Of a stretch of 64,000 bases of DNA, positions 59,104 through 64,000 are shown in pieces. The notes under the pieces were generated by a model, which was not told the DNA's origin, ran no database searches, and was given only the letters and a program-made list of their open reading frames with translations. The stretch spans positions 1,154,688,001 through 1,154,752,000 of the forward strand of contig NW_027362761.1 in assembly GCF_046119375.1 (NCBI RefSeq), written 5' to 3'. This stretch comes from Phyllobates terribilis (taxonomy: Eukaryota). Every line of letters begins with the position of its first letter. Positions within the stretch are counted from its first letter, which is position 1. The position numbers and the translations under genes are program-made.

Positions 59104-61911
59104 ATGCTAAATAACCCCAAAGTTTTATCTTGCATGCTGACCAACGCAAGAAGCCTGACCAATAAGGCGGATGAGCTGCAGGCGCTTATATCGGAGGAGA
59201 GGTATGACATCGTAGGTATAACAGAGACTTGGCTAGACGATAGCTACGACTGGGCGGTAAATTTATTAGATTATAGTTTATTTAGAAGGGACCGGAAACA
59301 GGGGAAAGGCGGAGGAGTCTGCTTATATGTAAAGTCATGTCTAAAACCCAGACTAAGGGAAGATATAGGAGAGGGAGAAGAGGGGGTCGAGTCCATGTGG
59401 GTAGAGATAGAGGGAACTAAAAATAATAATAAAATATTACTGGGGGTCTGCTATAAGCCACCCAATATAACAGAGGAGAATGAGAATCTGCTATTAGGAC
59501 AAATAGACAAAGTAGCAAAACATAATGAAGTGATTGTAATGGGGGATTTCAACTACCCGGATATTGACTGGGAAACAGAAACCTATAGATCTCAGAAAGG
59601 AAAAAGTTTCTTGACAAATATTAAGGATAATTATCTCTCCCAACTAGTGCAGGAACCAACGAGAGGGAAGGCCGTGTTGGACTTAATATTGACTAATAGG
59701 CCTGATAGAATAACTGAGGTACAGATAGGGGGGCACCTAGGTAATAGCGACCATAATATTATCGACTTCAAAATGCCCTTCAGTAGGGTTATCAATAAGG
59801 GAACAACAAAAACATTAAACTTTAGGAGGGCGAAGTTTGATCAGCTGAAAGAAAACCTTCAACTTATTGACTGGGACAAAGTTCTTAATCAAAGGAATAC
59901 GAATAGTAAATGGGAAACCTTCAAAAGAATTCTGAATACTCAGTGCGAGAGATATATACCGTATGGGAATAAAAGGGCCAGAAATAAGAGGAAGCCAATA
60001 TGGTTGAACAAGAACGTAAAAGGGGCGTTAAATAGCAAAAAAGAGGCATTCAAGAGATTAAAACAGGAAAACAGTAAGGAGGCACTAATGTGTTACAAGG
60101 AAAAAACGAGAACCTGTAAAAAACAAATAAAAATAGCGAAGGAGGAAACAGAGAGACGTATTGCTAGGGAAAGTAGATCAAATCCCAAACTGTTCTTTAC
60201 GTATATAAATAGTAAAAGGATTAAATCGGATAATATTGGACCGATAAAAAGTGAGGAAGGCAAAATCATAGAGAAAGATGAGGATAAAGCTAATCTATTA
60301 AATAATTTTTTTTCGACAACTTTCACAAAGGAAATAGAACTAACAGGAGAAATGAGAAGTGACAAACTTAATCCTCCACTAAGTATGACAAATCTAACCC
60401 AAGCTGGGGTACAGAAACGCCTCAGTAACATTAAAATAAACAAATCACCAGGACCTGATGGCATACACCCACGGGTACTAAGGGAACTAAGTAATGTGAT
60501 AGACAGACCGTTATATCTTATATTTAAGGACTCTGTTGAGACTGGGTCTGTGCCACTTGATTGGCGACAGGCGAATGTAGTGCCAATATTCAAAAAGGGA
60601 GCGAAAAGTGACGCCGGAAACTATCGGCCGGTGAGTCTGACGTCCGTTGTGGGCAAAATTTTTGAAAGCTTCATTAAAGAGGCAATTACGGAGCATCTTG
60701 ATGCTAATAATCTTTTAATCCCGAACCAACATGGATTCATGAGGAATCGCTCCTGCCAAACAAACCTGATTGACTTCTATGAGGAGGTTAGCTCTCGAGT
60801 AGATCAGGGGGAACCAGTGGATGTTGTGTATCTCGACTTCTCAAAAGCGTTCGATAGCGTGCCACATAATAGGTTGGTATACAAAATGAGAATGATGGGG
60901 CTGGGGGAAAATGTCTGCAAGTGGGTAGCTAACTGGCTAAAGGATAGAAGGCAGAGGGTGGTTATAAATGGAATATTCTCAGATTGGGTAAGCGTCACTA
61001 GTGGGGTACCACAGGGATCTGTACTAGGCCCAATGTTATTTAATATCTTTATTAACGACATAGTCAAAGGGATAAATAGTAAAATATCAATATTTGCAGA
61101 TGACACAAAGTTATGTAAAACAATTAATACAAAAGAGGACAGTGCAGACCTACAGAGGGATTTGGATAAGCTGGGTAGGTGGAGCATTAAATGGCAAATG
61201 AGGTTTAACGAGGAGAAATGTAAGGTCATACATATGGGAAGGAAAAATGGAAGTCACCAGTACTCACTGAATGGGAAATCATTGGGGAATTCAGAAATGG
61301 AGAAGGACTTGGGCATCTTCATTGATAGCAAACTAAATTGGAGTGCCCAAAGTCAGGCCGCTGCTGTAAGGGCAAACAGGGTAATGGGATGTATCAGAAG
61401 AGGTATAGCTGCAAAGGATGAGAACATTGTTCTTCCACTGTACAAAGCACTGGTCAGACCACACTTGGAATACTGTGCTCAGTTATGGGCCCCAATATAT
61501 AGAAAGGATATAAATGAGCTTGAAAAGGTACAAAGGAGGGCAACAAAATTAATAAAGGGAATGGAGGGACTGCAATACCTAGAGAGGTTGGCAAAACTAG
61601 GACTATTCAGCCTGGAAAAGAGAAGGTTGAGGGGGGACATAATAAATGTGTACAAATATGTTAGGGGACAGTATAGAGATCTAGCCCGGGATTTGTTCAA
61701 AAGGAGGGATATTACGGTAACAAGAGGGCATTCACTAAGACTGGAAGAGAAAAGGTTTCAGCACCAGCATAGGAAGGGGTTCTTTACGGTAAGAGCAGTG
61801 AGAATATGGAATTCACTGAGTGAGGAGACGGTAATGTCGGATTCACTACACCAGTTCAAGCGGGGACTGGATGCATTTCTAGATACCAGGCAGATTTCAG
61901 CATATACTTAA
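59104..61911 (+). CDS. CR1 ORF2: APE endonuclease plus reverse transcriptase, uninterrupted (first ATG 59104; frame open from 59011)
   Basis: TNARSL, GITETWL, MGDFN, LDLILTN, SDH, KSPGPDGIHPRVL, NYRPVSLTS, DFSKAFD, GVPQGSVLGP, FADD, EKDLG, RPHLEY. Confidence 0.96.
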   Translation: MLNNPKVLSCMLTNARSLTNKADELQALISEERYDIVGITETWLDDSYDWAVNLLDYSLFRRDRKQGKGGGVCLYVKSCLKPRLREDIGEGEEGVESMWVEIEGTKNNNKILLGVCYKPPNITEENENLLLGQIDKVAKHNEVIVMGDFNYPDIDWETETYRSQKGKSFLTNIKDNYLSQLVQEPTRGKAVLDLILTNRPDRITEVQIGGHLGNSDHNIIDFKMPFSRVINKGTTKTLNFRRAKFDQLKENLQLIDWDKVLNQRNTNSKWETFKRILNTQCERYIPYGNKRARNKRKPIWLNKNVKGALNSKKEAFKRLKQENSKEALMCYKEKTRTCKKQIKIAKEETERRIARESRSNPKLFFTYINSKRIKSDNIGPIKSEEGKIIEKDEDKANLLNNFFSTTFTKEIELTGEMRSDKLNPPLSMTNLTQAGVQKRLSNIKINKSPGPDGIHPRVLRELSNVIDRPLYLIFKDSVETGSVPLDWRQANVVPIFKKGAKSDAGNYRPVSLTSVVGKIFESFIKEAITEHLDANNLLIPNQHGFMRNRSCQTNLIDFYEEVSSRVDQGEPVDVVYLDFSKAFDSVPHNRLVYKMRMMGLGENVCKWVANWLKDRRQRVVINGIFSDWVSVTSGVPQGSVLGPMLFNIFINDIVKGINSKISIFADDTKLCKTINTKEDSADLQRDLDKLGRWSIKWQMRFNEEKCKVIHMGRKNGSHQYSLNGKSLGNSEMEKDLGIFIDSKLNWSAQSQAAAVRANRVMGCIRRGIAAKDENIVLPLYKALVRPHLEYCAQLWAPIYRKDINELEKVQRRATKLIKGMEGLQYLERLAKLGLFSLEKRRLRGDIINVYKYVRGQYRDLARDLFKRRDITVTRGHSLRLEEKRFQHQHRKGFFTVRAVRIWNSLSEETVMSDSLHQFKRGLDAFLDTRQISAYT

Positions 61912-62189
61912 AAATAAAATAAAATAGTAGGTTGATACAGGGATTTATTCTGACTGCTGGTTTCAGAGTCGGGAGGGAATTTTTCCTCAGGAGAAGATTG
62001 GCCAAATCATTTGGGGTTTTTGCCCTCCTCTGGATCAACTTTAGCAATTACAGAACTAACAGGTCGAACTTGTTGGACGCAAGTCTTTATTCGGCTTTAC
62101 AAACTATGTTACTATGTTACTATGTTACTGCTACTTGGCCCAAAGCATTGCCTGGGCTAGATGCAGTTAAAAATTTGTAATTAGATACT

Positions 62190-62526
62190 CTCTTAAAAAG
62201 CTTGGGGTTGTGGTCTAGGGGATCCTTTTATAGCCAAAATCATGGCCCTGTATCGCAATCTGTCAGCTAGGCTGAAGATAAATGGAACATTTTCATCACC
62301 TTTCATAATCACCAATGGGACAAGGCAGGGCTGTCTTCTGTCCCCTCTCTTATACATCCTAGTGATGGAGCACCTGCTCTCATCAATTCGCGATAACCCC
62401 AATATTTGGTGGATTGAGGTGGGAGGCATCGAGTACAAGTGCTCTGCATTTGGTGCTGATGTCCTAGTATATATCACTCAATCACATATATCCACCCCTG
62501 CTGTTATGGCTGAAATAGATCACTTT
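62190..62526 (+). pseudogene. L1-clade RT fragment (hAT-B cargo, copy 2)
   Basis: LKINGTFSSPFIITNGTRQGCLLSPLLYIL..., near-identical to 7755-7853 + 9055-9295. Confidence 0.85.
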
Positions 62527-64000
62527 AGATTATACAAATGCACAAAGCATGGGCAACAAACAAGGAGAATTGGAACTACTAATGCAGGAAAAGGAATATG
62601 ATGTCATTGGAATCACTGAAACTTGGTGGGACGATACACATGATTGGAATAAAAGGCTAAAAGGATACAACTTATTTGCAAGAAACAGACTTGATAAACG
62701 AGGAGGAGGTGTCGCATTGTATGTTAGAAAAGAGTATATCTGCACAGAGATTGAAGCTTCAGAGACTGGGAGTTCTGTGGAAACTGTTTGGGTAAGAATA
62801 CAAGGAGAGAACAACGGAAAGGACACCATTGTAGGCATTTACTACAGGCCACCTGGGCAAGCTGAAGATATGGATGAACTCTTTATGCATCAAATGACCA
62901 AGTTCTCCAAAAAATATGACGTAGTGGTCATGGGAGATTTCAACTATCCAGACATTTGTTGGGAATCTCTCTCAAGTAAAACTAACAGGTCAAGCAAATT
63001 CTTATCCTCTCTTGCTGACAACTTTATCTTCCAAAAGGTAGGGGAGAAAACAAGGGGATCTGCTACTTTGGATCTAATCCTTATAAACAGGGAGGAAATG
63101 GTTGAGGAGGTAAAGGTGGCTGGGACCCTAGGAGGCAGCGATCATGCTATTATAGAATTTTGGATAACTAGAGGAGGAAGACATGTGAAGACTCAAACTT
63201 CAAGATTAGATTTTAGAAAGGCAGATTTTAAGAGACTCAGAAAGAGAATAGGAGGGATCCAATGGCTGGATGTCCTTAAGGACAAAAATGTCCAGGAAGG
63301 ATGGGAAATTTTTAAAAATGAGATTCTCAAAGCACAATCGTTAACAATCCCGAAAAGTAGGAAGAATGGGAAGCATTTAAGGAAACCAGGATGGATGAAC
63401 ACAGAACTTAAACACATGCTAAAAAGAAAGAAAGAAATGTTTATTAAATGGAAAGAGGGAGGCATATCTAAAGAAGATTATAATGCAGTCTGCAGATCCT
63501 GCAGGGCACGTATCAGGTTAGCTAAAGCTGACAATGAACTAAGGCTTGCAAGAGATGTCAAAAGCAATAAAAAAGGATTTTGGGGGTATGTCAAAAGTAA
63601 AAGAAAAGTCAAAGATGCTATAGGATTTTTACAGGATGAAAATGGAGAAATGGTAAGAGAGGATGTTGAGAAGGCCGAACTTTTTAATTCCTATTTTGCA
63701 TCTGTTTTCTCTCAGAAAGAAAATGTAACATCAACTGATCTTCACTGTCCTTTTAAAGGAATAGAAGAATCCAAGCTATCTGTAAACAGAAAGATTGTGA
63801 GGAAATATTTAGCTAACATAAATGAGTTCAAGTCTCCAGGTCCAGATGAATTACACCCCAGAGTACTGAAGGAGATCGTAGAAGAAATTTTAGAACCACT
63901 CTCCATAATCTTTGAAAATTCTTGGAGAACAGGAGAAGTCCCAGAAGACTGGAGAAGAGCAAATGTTGTTCCTATCTTCAAAAAGGGGAAGAAGGTGGAC
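62527..64000 (+). mobile_element. 5'-truncated CR1 LINE of a different subfamily; ORF2 appears open to the window edge
   Basis: YTNAQSMGNKQGEL...GITETWW...GGGVALYV...YYRPP...MGDFNYPD...KSPGPDELHPRVLKE...WRRANVVPIFKKGKK. Inserted after ...gatcacttt of the L1 fragment. Confidence 0.9.

Larger units (their letters stand above)
57616..62127 (+). mobile_element. Full-length CR1 LINE (~4.5 kb)
   Basis: 5' UTR shared with the copy at 49890, ORF1, intact ORF2 and a 3' tail of (ACTATGTT)x3. It interrupts the hAT-B repeat ...gcagaca|ctgctac... with no clear TSD. Confidence 0.92.
56694..64000 (-). mobile_element. hAT-B2: second copy of hAT-B (same end as 6824), runs off the window
   Basis: TAGAGTTGAGCCACCCCCGTAGTGTTCGAG... 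is collinear with 6824-7700. After removing the CR1 it continues collinearly with 7660-9300. Confidence 0.88.

Overview
Eukaryotic, transposon-saturated DNA. It is very probably anuran (frog), inferred from the T2/Kolobok-type and Harbinger MITEs, CR1, sushi-type chromovirus and Ac-type hAT families present. I see no convincing host gene. Positions ~1.0-30.9 kb form one nested stack whose inner junctions close with exact target-site duplications (TSDs): a probable solo LTR > a non-autonomous Helitron-like element with a GC-rich tandem array > a 27.4-kb hAT element (hAT-A, 2859-30224, TSD GTCGCGAC). hAT-A contains a 10.7-kb hAT of another family (hAT-B1, 6824-17485, TSD GTGGAGGA) inserted in its transposase. 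It also contains an intact Gypsy chromovirus (22725-27692, TSD CTTGT, with a Tf1-like self-priming structure) inserted in one of its satellite arrays. hAT-B has a transposase with a single in-frame stop and carries a captured 18S rRNA fragment and a captured L1 RT fragment. The same cargo recurs in a second copy starting at 56694. The right half holds MITEs, Tc1 fragments (DD37E spacing), two decayed copies of a third hAT family (hAT-C), a tRNA-derived SINE head and three CR1 LINEs, one full length with an intact ORF2. The most notable observations are the cargo-carrying, satellite-laden large hAT elements with long (about 1130-1230 codon) transposases, the 18S cargo and a possible decayed acidic accessory ORF in hAT-A.
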